DNA of 64,000 bases from NCBI GenBank assembly GCA_964410915.1, contig CAYPIU010000006.1, forward strand, positions 2,447 through 66,446, written 5' to 3'. Of this stretch, positions 1 through 9,214 are shown piece after piece. The notes below the pieces were generated by a model, which saw nothing but the letters and a program-made list of their open reading frames with translations, was not told where the DNA came from and did not search any database. The position numbers and the translations under genes were made by a program. The DNA is from an uncultured Synergistales bacterium. Lineage in GTDB: Bacteria; Synergistota; Synergistia; Synergistales; JAFGMB01. Numbering within the stretch: position 1 is the first letter of the stretch; every line of letters begins with the position of its first letter.

Positions 1-2587
1 CCCAATCTTCAGGACTGAATCTTTTAAATAGGTCACTATATTGTGAAGAACTTTCCACCACTACCGCAGCTTCAAGAGGATGCCCTATTTTCCCATCAAA
101 ACGTGATTTTTCAAGAGCTCTGCTTACTGCACTTTTACATAAGAGGATCTTTTCCCACTCCTGCTCCAGTTCCCGGTCTGTAAATGAATCATTGGTAGTA
201 GGCCAGTCAGAGAGGAATATACTTTCAGGAAGATCCCCATCGATCTTCCTCAGTTCCTGCCATGTTTCTTCAGTTGTAAAACTGAGTACAGGAGCAAGAA
301 GACGGGACAATACCTGGATGATCTCCCACATTGCAGTTTGACAGCTTCTTCTTGAAAGAGCATCCGTAGCATCTGCATAGAGTCTATCTTTACTTGCATC
401 CAGAAAGAAAGAGCTAAGTTCATTAACGCAGAACTGGTGAATAACAAATGTCGGCACATGAAATTCATATTTATCATATGCATTTGTAGCTTTTTCAACA
501 AGATTATTCAAACGCGATAAAATCCATTTATCCATCTCTGTAAGTTCATCAAAATCAAGGACATGTTTTGAAGGATCAAAATCATTGAGGTTTCCAAGCA
601 GAAACCTGAAAGTATTACGGATCCTCCTGTAAGATTCTGTAAGATTCTTTATTATACCCTGGGAAATTCGAACATCGTTCCTGTAATCTGTAGATGCAAC
701 CCATAAACGGAGAATATCTGCGCCATATTTACCGATGATCTCCTGTGGCTTCATTACATTACCCAGAGATTTTGACATCTTTTTCCCTTCTCCATCGACA
801 ATAAAACCATGAGTAAGCACTGCTTTGTAAGGTGGCAGGTTTTTTGTAGCTACTGAAGTGAGAAGAGAGGTCTGGAACCACCCTCTATGCTGATCACTTC
901 CTTCGAGATACAGGTCCGCCGGCCATTTCTGATCCGACCTTGTCTTGAGGACTGCAGCATGACTGGAACCAGAATCGAACCATACATCCATAATATCTTC
1001 ATCTTTTCTAAGGTCTTTACCGCCACATTCGGGACAGAATGCCAAATCCCCCAAAAGCTGCTCAGGTGTCAGTTCCCACCAGATACTGCTCCCACTTTGT
1101 TGAACGTGTTCCTGTACTTTACTGATCCTGTCCTTGTCAAGAATAAGTTTGCCACAATTATTACAGTAGAAAGCCGGTATCGGTACGCCCCAGACTCTCT
1201 GCCTGCTGATACACCAATCAGATCTGTCCCTGACCATATTAAATATACGCTCTTTACCCCAGTCCGGGATCCATTGAACATCATTCTGAATAATATCAAG
1301 AGTTTCATTTCTGAATTTGCTGACATTAACGAACCACTGGTCAGTAGATCTGAATATAACGGGTTTTTTACACCTCCAGCAATGTGGGTAGGAGTGCAGT
1401 ATTTTATTTTTTCCAAGCAGTCTGCCGCTCTCAATAAGAGTCTCAAGAATTATCTTTTCAGCATCAGATAGTCGAAGACCTCCGACTAATTGTGTCTCAG
1501 GTAGAAATACTCCCTTTTCGTCAACTGGATTATAAACTTCAATTCCATATCGTATTCCCGTTTCATAGTCTTCAACACCATGTCCCGGAGCAGTATGTAC
1601 ACAACCAGTACCCTGTTCAAGCAGGACATAATCAGCGAGAACAAAAGGTTCTTTCCTTTCGGGATAGAATGGATGTAAAGTCTTAATGCCTTCAAGCTCC
1701 CGTCCTTTTACTTTCAGAACAGGCTGTCCAAACTCCAGGCCAGTGGCTTCGGAAACATCTTTTATCAGTCCTTCTGCAATTAAATAGACAGTACCACCCG
1801 AAGGAAGAAAAACATATTCGAGGTTGGGATTTACTGCTACAGCCATACTTGCGGGAAGAGTCCATGTTGTTGTTGTCCAGACGATAACCTGAGTTTCCAT
1901 ACCTTTAAGTTCGTTAAAGGTTTCGGATATCTGAGGTATAGAATACCCTACATAGATCGAATCTGATGTTTCATCCCCATACTCGATCTCTGCTGCTGCG
2001 AGAGCTGTCTGACAATCTATGCACCAGTAAACAGGTTTCTGACCTTTATATATCAGTTCCCTTTCTACCATTTCAGCAAATACACCGATCTGTGCTGCTT
2101 CATACTCCGGGTTGAGGGTCATGTATGGGTTATCCCAGTCTCCAATTACACCAAGACGCTTAAATTCTTCCCGCTGAATGTCCCGATATTTGTATGCATA
2201 CTCCGTACACTCTTTTCTGAGACTTACAGGATCCATGTCATCCAGGGTTATCCCTTTTGATTTAAGAACATGCAATTCTATGGGAAGACCGTGTGTATCC
2301 CAACCAGGGACATAGGGAGCACGAAAACCTCTCATCCATTTGTATTTAGGAATAAAGTCTTTGAGTATCTTGTTAAAGGCCGTACCTATATGAATATTCC
2401 CGTTTGCATAAGGAGGACCATCATGGAGTATAAAATCAGGGGAATCTTTTCTCTTTTCCTTAAGCTTGTTATTAACAGCTATTTCATCCCAGAACTTAAG
2501 GTATTCCGGTTCCCTTTTGGAAAGGTTCGCTCTCATTGGGAAAGATGTTCTCGGAAGGTTCAAAGTATCCTTGTAATCTGTTGTCAT
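1..2587 (-). CDS. ileS: Isoleucyl-tRNA synthetase, 5' partial view (C-terminus beyond left edge)
   Basis: Not in the ORF track because its stop lies outside the window. Manual translation from ATG at 2587 (RBS AGGAGAG at 2594-2600) gives MTTDYKDTLNLPRTSFPMRANLSKREPEYLKFWDE...HDGPPYANGNIHIGTAFNKILKD (HIGH-type motif). The frame stays open to position 2. KMSKS is seen around 760-775 (EGKKMSKSLGNV). Confidence 0.93.
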   Translation of the reverse strand, partial: MTTDYKDTLNLPRTSFPMRANLSKREPEYLKFWDEIAVNNKLKEKRKDSPDFILHDGPPYANGNIHIGTAFNKILKDFIPKYKWMRGFRAPYVPGWDTHGLPIELHVLKSKGITLDDMDPVSLRKECTEYAYKYRDIQREEFKRLGVIGDWDNPYMTLNPEYEAAQIGVFAEMVERELIYKGQKPVYWCIDCQTALAAAEIEYGDETSDSIYVGYSIPQISETFNELKGMETQVIVWTTTTWTLPASMAVAVNPNLEYVFLPSGGTVYLIAEGLIKDVSEATGLEFGQPVLKVKGRELEGIKTLHPFYPERKEPFVLADYVLLEQGTGCVHTAPGHGVEDYETGIRYGIEVYNPVDEKGVFLPETQLVGGLRLSDAEKIILETLIESGRLLGKNKILHSYPHCWRCKKPVIFRSTDQWFVNVSKFRNETLDIIQNDVQWIPDWGKERIFNMVRDRSDWCISRQRVWGVPIPAFYCNNCGKLILDKDRISKVQEHVQQSGSSIWWELTPEQLLGDLAFCPECGGKDLRKDEDIMDVWFDSGSSHAAVLKTRSDQKWPADLYLEGSDQHRGWFQTSLLTSVATKNLPPYKAVLTHGFIVDGEGKKMSKSLGNVMKPQEIIGKYGADILRLWVASTDYRNDVRISQGIIKNLTESYRRIRNTFRFLLGNLNDFDPSKHVLDFDELTEMDKWILSRLNNLVEKATNAYDKYEFHVPTFVIHQFCVNELSSFFLDASKDRLYADATDALSRRSCQTAMWEIIQVLSRLLAPVLSFTTEETWQELRKIDGDLPESIFLSDWPTTNDSFTDRELEQEWEKILLCKSAVSRALEKSRFDGKIGHPLEAAVVVESSSQYSDLFKRFSPEDW

Positions 2588-2610
2588 TACTAACTCTCCT
2601 CTCAATATAT

Positions 2611-2643
2611 AGGAAAATGCCGTCTCCATTGAAAGGAGACGGC
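2611..2643 (-). terminator. Rho-independent terminator after the TRAP permease gene
   Basis: Minus strand reads GCCGTCTCC-TTTCAAT-GGAGACGGC (2643..2619) followed by ATTTTCCT. It sits between the TRAP permease stop (2697) and the ileS start. Confidence 0.6.
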
Positions 2644-2696
2644 TGTTTGTACAAATGAATTTTATCACACAAGAGCAATTATTTTTTAATTGCAGT

Positions 2697-4691
2697 TTAC
2701 ACAGCTTCTTTTTTAAGTGCTGAACGTTTCCTTTCCTGCAGCAAGTGCATGGCAACAAGTATGCCAAGACCGATGACATCGGTCTGGATCCCTGGTATTA
2801 ACAGTGTTAAAGCTCCTCCAAAAGCAAGTAAGCGCTGCCAGATCTGCATTTTTACTTTGTAATAACCTATTGATCCCATGCCAAGCAGAAAAACACCAAG
2901 CAGGGCAGTCACTACTGCGATAGAAAACGGAATTGGTTTGAAACCAACAAGTACAAGCATTGGGTTGTAAACATAGATATATGGCACGAGGAAACCAGCT
3001 AAGGCAAGTTTAATCGCTGTAGCACCTGTTTTCATTGGATCATCGCCAGCTATTCCAGCGCCGGCATACGCTGCAAGAGCAACAGGTGGGCTAAGATCCG
3101 CTGCAATACCAAAGTAGAGAACGAACATATAGGCAGCCATGGGTGGTACATCAAGTTTAAACAGTGCCGGTGCACACATTGTACTGGTAACAATAAAATT
3201 GGCAGTGGTCGGAAGTCCGGCTCCGAGAAGAATGCAGGCTACCATGGTAAGCATAAGCGATGGTAGTAGTTTACCACCTGCTATAGCTACAATTGCACTT
3301 GCGATCCTTAGCCCCAGACCAGTCAAAGTAGCCGTACCGACTATAATACCAACAGTCGCACACGCACATGCCACTCCAAGGGCTCCTTTAGCACCACTTT
3401 CAAGTGCATCTTTGAGTTTCATGGGTGTGAGCATGGTTTTACGATTAAGATAGGAAACAGCTACGGTGATCAGAATGCCATTAAACGCTGCTCTGATAGG
3501 CGTGTAACCTGCAAGAAGGTAATATACAATACCAAAAAGAGGCAACAGCAGATGACCTTTCGTTTTCAGAAGATTCCACAGTTTGGGTAGTTTTTCTCTT
3601 GGCAGTCCTTCAAGCCCAAGCCTTGAAGCTTCAAGATGGACCTGTACCATAACTGCGAAGTAATATAGCAATGCAGGAACTATAGCAGCTACAGCAACTT
3701 TAATATATGGCACACCAAGAAACTCAGCCATTATAAACGCTGCAGCCCCCATTACCGGAGGCATGATCTGTCCACCCGTCGATGCTACAGCTTCCACAGC
3801 TCCGGCAAAATACGGCTTGTATCCAACACTTTTCATTAGAGGTATGGTAAACATTCCTGTTGTGCAGACATTTGCTACTGAGGAACCTGAAATAGAACCC
3901 ATAAATCCGGAACTCAGTACAGCAACCTTGGCTGGACCACCAGTTGAATGTCCAGCAAGAGACATTGACAGATCGATTATAAATTTACCCATACCTGTCT
4001 GTTCAAGAAAGGAACCAAATAGTATAAACATGAAAACAAACGTAGCAGATACAGCGAGAGGAATACCGAATACTCCTTCAGTTCCCATATACATGTGATT
4101 TATCACACGACTGAGAGTGAACCCCCTGTGCTGAAACATTTCTGGAAAATGTCGTCCAAGGAAACAGTAAAAAAGAAAAAATATTGCAATACATGGCAGG
4201 ATAGGACTGGAAACTCTCCTTGTGGCCTCAAGCAAAAGCGTTATACCAAGAAAACCGACAAAAAGATCCATACGAGTAGGTAACCCCGCTCTCATGACAA
4301 GGGCTTCAAAGTTTACAACCATATAAAGGGTTACAAAAGCTCCTAACGCTGCAAAGATAAAGTCGTACCAGGGTATCCCTTTCTTCGAACCTACTTTTTG
4401 AGAAATCGGATACATCAGAAAAACAAGTACCAGCACAAAAGCAAGATGGACCGCACGTTGTTTCATCGCCAGTAAAAGGCCAAAACCTGCTGTGTAAAGA
4501 TGAAATACAGACATTGAAACAGCTAAGATTACAACCAGCTTTGCCTGCCACCCCCACAGGCTTCTGTTTCTTGCCTCTGTATCAAACTGTTTCCTCAACT
4601 CATCAACATCGATCTCAGTATTATCAAGATTCTGTTCAATTAAGACATTGTTGTCTTCTGCCATTGAATATTGATCCCCCCCGTGACTCAT
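2697..4691 (-). CDS. TRAP transporter fused permease (TAXI-type, DctQ-DctM fusion, 4TM/12TM family)
   Basis: 664-aa polytopic membrane ORF. The N-terminal pattern RSLWGWQAKLVVILAVSMSVFHLYTAGFG is typical of TAXI-TRAP fused permeases. It lies directly downstream of a DUF1850 gene, as in TAXI-TRAP loci. Confidence 0.85.
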   Translation of the reverse strand: MSHGGDQYSMAEDNNVLIEQNLDNTEIDVDELRKQFDTEARNRSLWGWQAKLVVILAVSMSVFHLYTAGFGLLLAMKQRAVHLAFVLVLVFLMYPISQKVGSKKGIPWYDFIFAALGAFVTLYMVVNFEALVMRAGLPTRMDLFVGFLGITLLLEATRRVSSPILPCIAIFFLFYCFLGRHFPEMFQHRGFTLSRVINHMYMGTEGVFGIPLAVSATFVFMFILFGSFLEQTGMGKFIIDLSMSLAGHSTGGPAKVAVLSSGFMGSISGSSVANVCTTGMFTIPLMKSVGYKPYFAGAVEAVASTGGQIMPPVMGAAAFIMAEFLGVPYIKVAVAAIVPALLYYFAVMVQVHLEASRLGLEGLPREKLPKLWNLLKTKGHLLLPLFGIVYYLLAGYTPIRAAFNGILITVAVSYLNRKTMLTPMKLKDALESGAKGALGVACACATVGIIVGTATLTGLGLRIASAIVAIAGGKLLPSLMLTMVACILLGAGLPTTANFIVTSTMCAPALFKLDVPPMAAYMFVLYFGIAADLSPPVALAAYAGAGIAGDDPMKTGATAIKLALAGFLVPYIYVYNPMLVLVGFKPIPFSIAVVTALLGVFLLGMGSIGYYKVKMQIWQRLLAFGGALTLLIPGIQTDVIGLGILVAMHLLQERKRSALKKEAV

Positions 4692-4718
4692 AAATATTAA
4701 TTACCATGAACTGAAACA

Positions 4719-5267
4719 TTATTTCCCGTTTATTGTATTATGCCTTATCCCTTTTTGTAAAAGGGTTTCTTGTTTTTCGTAAATTGAAATTATTAGTGGA
4801 GTTGCAGTTATTTCTATTTCAAGTAGTTTTGACGGGAAATGCTCGAAGAGATTAATCTTCGCAAAAGGTGAAATCTTGAGCCAGTTCTTTCCAAGAATAG
4901 AATTACCAACCCTCAAAAAATATTTTTGAGAATTATAGCGACCCCCCTGTACATACATCCAGTTTTTATCCTGAAAAAAACGACCATTTCGCGGAGCCTC
5001 TACAGGAAGCCCAGCATTATGAGATACTACTCTTTCTTCCCATAACCAGATAGAACCGTCGATTATCTTATAGTCATCTTCCACTGGCGTTAATTGTACA
5101 GAATGAGTATATCCTGTCTGAAAAGTGTTAACTGAACTAACAGGAAGCGAAAGCAGGGATAGTTCATCTGTCTTTATGATTAGATTATTAACTGGAGAGA
5201 AAAGAACTGTAATGATTGAAATTAAAAATATTATCACAAACAAAAGTCTAAATGTCGGCCTATACAT
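4719..5267 (-). CDS. DUF1850 domain protein (TAXI-TRAP associated)
   Basis: 182 aa with an N-terminal TM helix and the core GYTHSVQLTPVEDDYKI...SHNAGLPVEA, which resembles the DUF1850 signature. Position upstream of the fused TRAP permease is canonical. Confidence 0.7.
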   Translation of the reverse strand: MYRPTFRLLFVIIFLISIITVLFSPVNNLIIKTDELSLLSLPVSSVNTFQTGYTHSVQLTPVEDDYKIIDGSIWLWEERVVSHNAGLPVEAPRNGRFFQDKNWMYVQGGRYNSQKYFLRVGNSILGKNWLKISPFAKINLFEHFPSKLLEIEITATPLIISIYEKQETLLQKGIRHNTINGK

Positions 5268-5555
5268 TCGTTCGCCGCCTTTTTAAGTATTTCTGAACTG
5301 TTAACAGCGATAAAAGCTGAAAAAAAACATCAGACTCTGGATCTGGGATTTTTTTTAGTTCATTCAATTAAAAATTCTAACACAGTTTAGTGTCTTTTAA
5401 AATTTATTGTGGAGAAAGATTCTGGGAGATAAAACAATCTGGTAGCGATCAGGAAGCAAAAAAGAACAGGAGTGTTAAGGATAATGCACAAGACCATTAA
5501 CAAAAAAATGAATGTCTGAGATTAACATGGGGATTATATCCCGGACTTTAAGAAA

Positions 5556-5632
5556 TGGCGGGCCTGAAGGGATTCGAACCCCTGACCTAGTGCTTAGGAG
5601 GCACTCGCTCTATCCCCTGAGCTACAGGCCCG
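5556..5632 (-). tRNA. tRNA-Arg (anticodon CCT)
   Basis: Minus strand reads CGGGCCTGTAGCTCAGGGGATAGAGCGAGTGCCTCCTAAGCACTAGGTCAGGGGTTCGAATCCCTTCAGGCCCGCCA. It folds as a cloverleaf with 7-bp acceptor, anticodon loop CTCCTAA, T-loop TTCGAAT and encoded CCA. Confidence 0.9.
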
Positions 5633-5646
5633 TTGGAACGGCGAAT

Positions 5647-5675
5647 ATCTTATCATTAGTCTTTCACTTGTTCAA
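5647..5675 (-). promoter_or_regulatory. Putative sigma-70-type promoter for tRNA-Arg
   Basis: Minus strand reads TTGAAC (5675..5670), a 17-nt spacer, then TAAGAT (5652..5647). The -10 box ends about 15 nt upstream of the mature tRNA 5' end. Confidence 0.35.
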
Positions 5676-5698
5676 CCACTAATTTATTTGGAAATATA

Positions 5699-6631
5699 TC
5701 ATCCAAGAGAATTTACCAGGTGTTCCAGTTCTTCCTTTGAATAGAAATTGCTTATATGAGTAAAAAAGATCGACCTTGTATCTTCAGTATCTTTCCTGAT
5801 CTGAATTGATAACTCGGAAGCATTAGAGAATGTTATTTCCCCGCGGATCTTTTCAAGGAATGCAATTGTCAGATATTGATCATACAAGTCCCCTGAAAAA
5901 TCCAGAATATGGCACTCTATCCTGATTGAGGAAACATTTAAAAAAGTGGGATTAAAACCGATGTTAACTGCTGCAGGATATATATTCCCATTAAATATGG
6001 CTGCACATGCGTAAACCCCATCTGGTGGCATCACCTTGAAGTCCTGTTTATCGAGATTAGCCGTTGGAAAACCTACAGTCCTTCCCCTTTTATCCCCAGA
6101 AATGACCTTCCCATTGATGAAGTACGGATATCCAAGAAGATTTCGAGCCTGAGATATAGATCCGCAACTTATAAGACCCCTGATCATTGAACTGGAGATC
6201 GGAGTACCTTTCTTTTCGAACATTTCAACAATCTTGAGATACCAACCCTTTTCCCTGGCAATAAAATGGAGATATTCTAAATTACCGACACGATTTTTTC
6301 CAAACCTGAAATTACTTCCAACTACAATACCGGTTATAGTATATTTATCTGATAAATAGCTTATAAATTCTTCTGGTTCCATGTTGGCCACCTGGATATT
6401 AAAGGGCAATTCTATGATCTTTGGGACTTGTAGGTATTTCGATATTTTTTTTCTCTCAGAATCATTAAATAAGAGTCGTTTATCATTTCCACTTAATAAA
6501 AAACGGGGATGAGGATAAAAGGTCAGTACACTCCAGCTTTCAGATGTTTGAAGAGAAAGACTGGCCGCCTCTTCGAAAAGCTTTTGATGTCCAAGGTGGA
6601 ACCCATCAAATGAACCTGCTACAACTATCAT
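5699..6631 (-). CDS. ribF: Bifunctional riboflavin kinase / FMN adenylyltransferase
   Basis: 310 aa. N-terminal motif GSFDGFHLGHQKLF (FAD synthetase) and C-terminal motif GDKRGRTVGFPTANL (riboflavin kinase). Confidence 0.93.
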   Translation of the reverse strand: MIVVAGSFDGFHLGHQKLFEEAASLSLQTSESWSVLTFYPHPRFLLSGNDKRLLFNDSERKKISKYLQVPKIIELPFNIQVANMEPEEFISYLSDKYTITGIVVGSNFRFGKNRVGNLEYLHFIAREKGWYLKIVEMFEKKGTPISSSMIRGLISCGSISQARNLLGYPYFINGKVISGDKRGRTVGFPTANLDKQDFKVMPPDGVYACAAIFNGNIYPAAVNIGFNPTFLNVSSIRIECHILDFSGDLYDQYLTIAFLEKIRGEITFSNASELSIQIRKDTEDTRSIFFTHISNFYSKEELEHLVNSLG

Positions 6632-6643
6632 TTCTTTACTCCT

Positions 6644-7567
6644 TTAAAGAAATATGTTTGTTTGTGGATGTAAAAGAAAAGATCCTGAAAGATTGTCCAG
6701 GCAGATGGAAGAAAAAGAGAAGAGTGTTTCCCCTGATAAGATTACTCCTTTTGCTGCAGAAACCTGTCCAAAACATATTCTTTCAAGCATGCTTAAAAGT
6801 AATTTCTGACCGTTCCCAGCCATTTCTTCCTGTACAGAGTCCATTTTATAAGATGTGAATCCCGGAAGAAGAGATTCCAGTTTCAGAATTCCTGAGTAAA
6901 CCATATCAGGTTTCTCAAGATCTTGAATTCTGTGTAAACATGCAGGATCATCTAAGGAGAATGGGCCGGTAAAAGTTCTCTTAAGGCTGGATACAAATGC
7001 ACCGCAACCCAGGAGATCACCAAGATCCCTGACAATACTCCTTACATATGTTCCTTTATGACAGTTTATCACCAAAGAAACTTCCCCATTTTCTCCAATA
7101 GCGGAGACTCTTTTGATCCTCGGGATCGAAACTGTACGAGGTGATATCTTGATCTGATCACCTCTTCGGGCAATTCTGTGAGCTCTTTGCCCCTTGATCT
7201 TTATCGCTGAAATGTCTGGAGGAGTCTGAAAACGCGTGCCCTGAAGTGACATCAGGGCCATGTCGATCTCTTGAGGCGTAACATTCACGAAGGATCTTTT
7301 CTGAATGACATTCCCATCATAATCATCAGTATCTGTCTTTTGTCCAAGTATGAGGGTTACTTCATATTTCTTGGGTAATTCCATGATATACGAACTTGTC
7401 CTGGTAGCACCGCCAATGAGGACTATAAGTAGACCACCTGCAGTAGAATCAAGTGTCCCGGCATGACCTAACCGGACTCCCCTGCCAAGTGTACGTTTTA
7501 TTATATTCAATGACTCCCTGCTTCTGAGACCGGGGGGTTTGTTAAAAAGTAGAATTCCGTTTAACAT
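6644..7567 (-). CDS. truB: tRNA pseudouridine(55) synthase
   Basis: 307 aa with the GHAGTLDSTAGGLL catalytic Asp motif. Position after rbfA/nrnA matches the conserved operon. Confidence 0.92.
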   Translation of the reverse strand: MLNGILLFNKPPGLRSRESLNIIKRTLGRGVRLGHAGTLDSTAGGLLIVLIGGATRTSSYIMELPKKYEVTLILGQKTDTDDYDGNVIQKRSFVNVTPQEIDMALMSLQGTRFQTPPDISAIKIKGQRAHRIARRGDQIKISPRTVSIPRIKRVSAIGENGEVSLVINCHKGTYVRSIVRDLGDLLGCGAFVSSLKRTFTGPFSLDDPACLHRIQDLEKPDMVYSGILKLESLLPGFTSYKMDSVQEEMAGNGQKLLLSMLERICFGQVSAAKGVILSGETLFSFSSICLDNLSGSFLLHPQTNIFL

Positions 7568-8570
7568 ATTCTTTTATCTTCAACTTTACAGTTTTCAATG
7601 ATTCGATTAAAGGAAGATCTATTGTACATCCGGCAGCTTTTTCGTGACCGCCGCCTCCCCACAGCTTAGCAACCTCTCTTGCTGAAAACCTGTCATTTGC
7701 AGATCTCAGGCTTACTCTTATTGAACGATCCTCTTCAACCAGAAGTAGTGAGAATTCAACGTTGTCAAGCTCCAGAAATCTGCTTACAAGATTCTCCGTA
7801 TCAGAACGGTTTGCTCCAGTTTCCAGAAAATCATGACTGCTCAGCCAGGATATAACTACACTATTGGTAAGCATTACAGCATTGTCAAAAGCTCTGCCCC
7901 ATAATTTCAGGAGTTGAAGACTTTGGCCATGATAAACACTTCTGTAAATGCTGAAAGGTTGGACTCCAATATCTACCAGTTCCGATGCGATCTTTAAAGT
8001 CAAAGAAGACGTATTATCATAAGAAAAGTTCCCTGTATCCGTCATAATACCAGTATATAAAGCAATTGCCATATCATATGATATGGCAATACTTTCTTCT
8101 TCAAATAATTGGAACAGCAGTTCAGCCGTGGAAGAAGCACTGTCATCTACGCAGTTAAAAGTACCATACATTTCATTGTCACCGTGATGATCTATGTTAA
8201 GAATAAAGTAATAACTGTCTGGAATATTTATCCCCGGTACAGAACGTGCCACGTTACTTGTATCCAAAGCAATGATGAGCATATGATCATCAGGTTCAGG
8301 TGATATCTCTCTTATAACTCGATATTTGCTTGCATGAGGAAGAAATAAATATTTATCTGGTAAAGGATCTACACCGACCCAGGATACATCTTTGCCAAGC
8401 GTTTTACCAAGAGAAACTATTGCGCTTGCAGAACCTAATGTATCTCCATCAGGTTTATGGTGACTTATAACTAACCATTTATTCCATTCATCAAATTTCT
8501 GTTTCAAAGATAATCCTTCGAATTTCTTAAAATTCACAGACATTCTTCTACTCATTGTTTTCTTTTTCAT
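7542..8570 (-). CDS. nrnA: DHH/DHHA1 phosphoesterase (NrnA-like oligoribonuclease/pAp phosphatase)
   Basis: 342 aa with motifs HHKPDGDTLGS, NIDHHGDN and GGGGHEKAAG. The real start may be one of the internal Met codons (8555 or 8543). Confidence 0.88.
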   Translation of the reverse strand: MKKKTMSRRMSVNFKKFEGLSLKQKFDEWNKWLVISHHKPDGDTLGSASAIVSLGKTLGKDVSWVGVDPLPDKYLFLPHASKYRVIREISPEPDDHMLIIALDTSNVARSVPGINIPDSYYFILNIDHHGDNEMYGTFNCVDDSASSTAELLFQLFEEESIAISYDMAIALYTGIMTDTGNFSYDNTSSLTLKIASELVDIGVQPFSIYRSVYHGQSLQLLKLWGRAFDNAVMLTNSVVISWLSSHDFLETGANRSDTENLVSRFLELDNVEFSLLLVEEDRSIRVSLRSANDRFSAREVAKLWGGGGHEKAAGCTIDLPLIESLKTVKLKIKEYVKRNSTF

Positions 8571-8910
8571 TAATGCTGTCTAAAATTGAATCTATGTATC
8601 TTCCATATTCTTCACTCTTGTCCTCTTTAAAATGGAGTTCCGGTATTTGTTTAAGATGGAGTTTTTTACCTAACATGCTTCTTAGAGTACCAGAAACAGA
8701 TTGAAGTCTTTTCTGGAGATCTCCTTTTGTACCGGTATCAAGAGTTGTAAAAAAAACATCTGCAGTACCAAGATCCCTTGAACAATCAACTCCAGTAATA
8801 ACAGCTGATTTGACATCTTCTTTTTTAATTCTGAGTTCAAGAAGAAGTGCAATTTCTCTTTGAAACTGCTTATTAATTTTCTCCAAACGATAACTCGTCA
8901 TAGCAATCAA
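8548..8910 (-). CDS. rbfA: Ribosome-binding factor A
   Basis: 120 aa. RbfA-like N-terminus (RLEKINKQFQREIALLL) and operon context between infB/ylxP and truB. Confidence 0.88.
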   Translation of the reverse strand: MIAMTSYRLEKINKQFQREIALLLELRIKKEDVKSAVITGVDCSRDLGTADVFFTTLDTGTKGDLQKRLQSVSGTLRSMLGKKLHLKQIPELHFKEDKSEEYGRYIDSILDSINEKENNE

Positions 8911-9214
8911 CCTCTACCCACTTTTGAATTACTGAAAAACCATTACGATCCTCCATTTTATAAATAAATGAAAGAACTGAATCCAGTCTTGTTTTAGCCA
9001 TTTCCGATGTACTGTCAACCAATGTAAAACACAAAAAAACCTCTGATCTCGAACCATCCGGCCCAAGATCAAATGAAGATATATTCCATCTCTGGTTTAC
9101 CCGGTCTATAACAGAACGAACTACATGCCTTCTATCTTTAAGGCTTCTGCTAAATGGTATCTGCAGATAAACAAGAAGTAACCCTGTATATGGTACAGGA
9201 ATAGAATTAATCAT
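8873..9214 (-). CDS. ylxP: DUF503 (YlxP-like) protein
   Basis: 113 aa. Conserved position directly after infB, as B. subtilis ylxP. Contains SLKDRRHVVRSVIDRV, which resembles the DUF503 pattern. Confidence 0.75.
   Translation of the reverse strand: MINSIPVPYTGLLLVYLQIPFSRSLKDRRHVVRSVIDRVNQRWNISSFDLGPDGSRSEVFLCFTLVDSTSEMAKTRLDSVLSFIYKMEDRNGFSVIQKWVEVDCYDELSFGEN

Noticed and set aside
887-1471. A 194-aa plus-strand ORF and other small ORFs in 250-2678
   Set aside because: They lie antisense to or out of frame with ileS. The ileS frame is continuously open from 2587 to the window edge and carries HIGH and KMSKS motifs. ileS is absent from the track only because its stop is outside the window.
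2588-2696. A possible T-box leader upstream of ileS
   Set aside because: Only about 100 nt are available, and most of it is the terminator hairpin of the upstream TRAP gene. I saw no specifier loop or T-box (AGGGUGGNACCGCG-like) sequence.
5268-5555. A hidden small gene or riboswitch in the 288-nt gap between DUF1850 and tRNA-Arg
   Set aside because: Only very short ORFs are present (for example 11 codons at about 5485). The hairpins are weak, with 4-5 bp stems. Nothing resembles a known RNA family by eye. I kept it only as context for the orphan TRAP finding.
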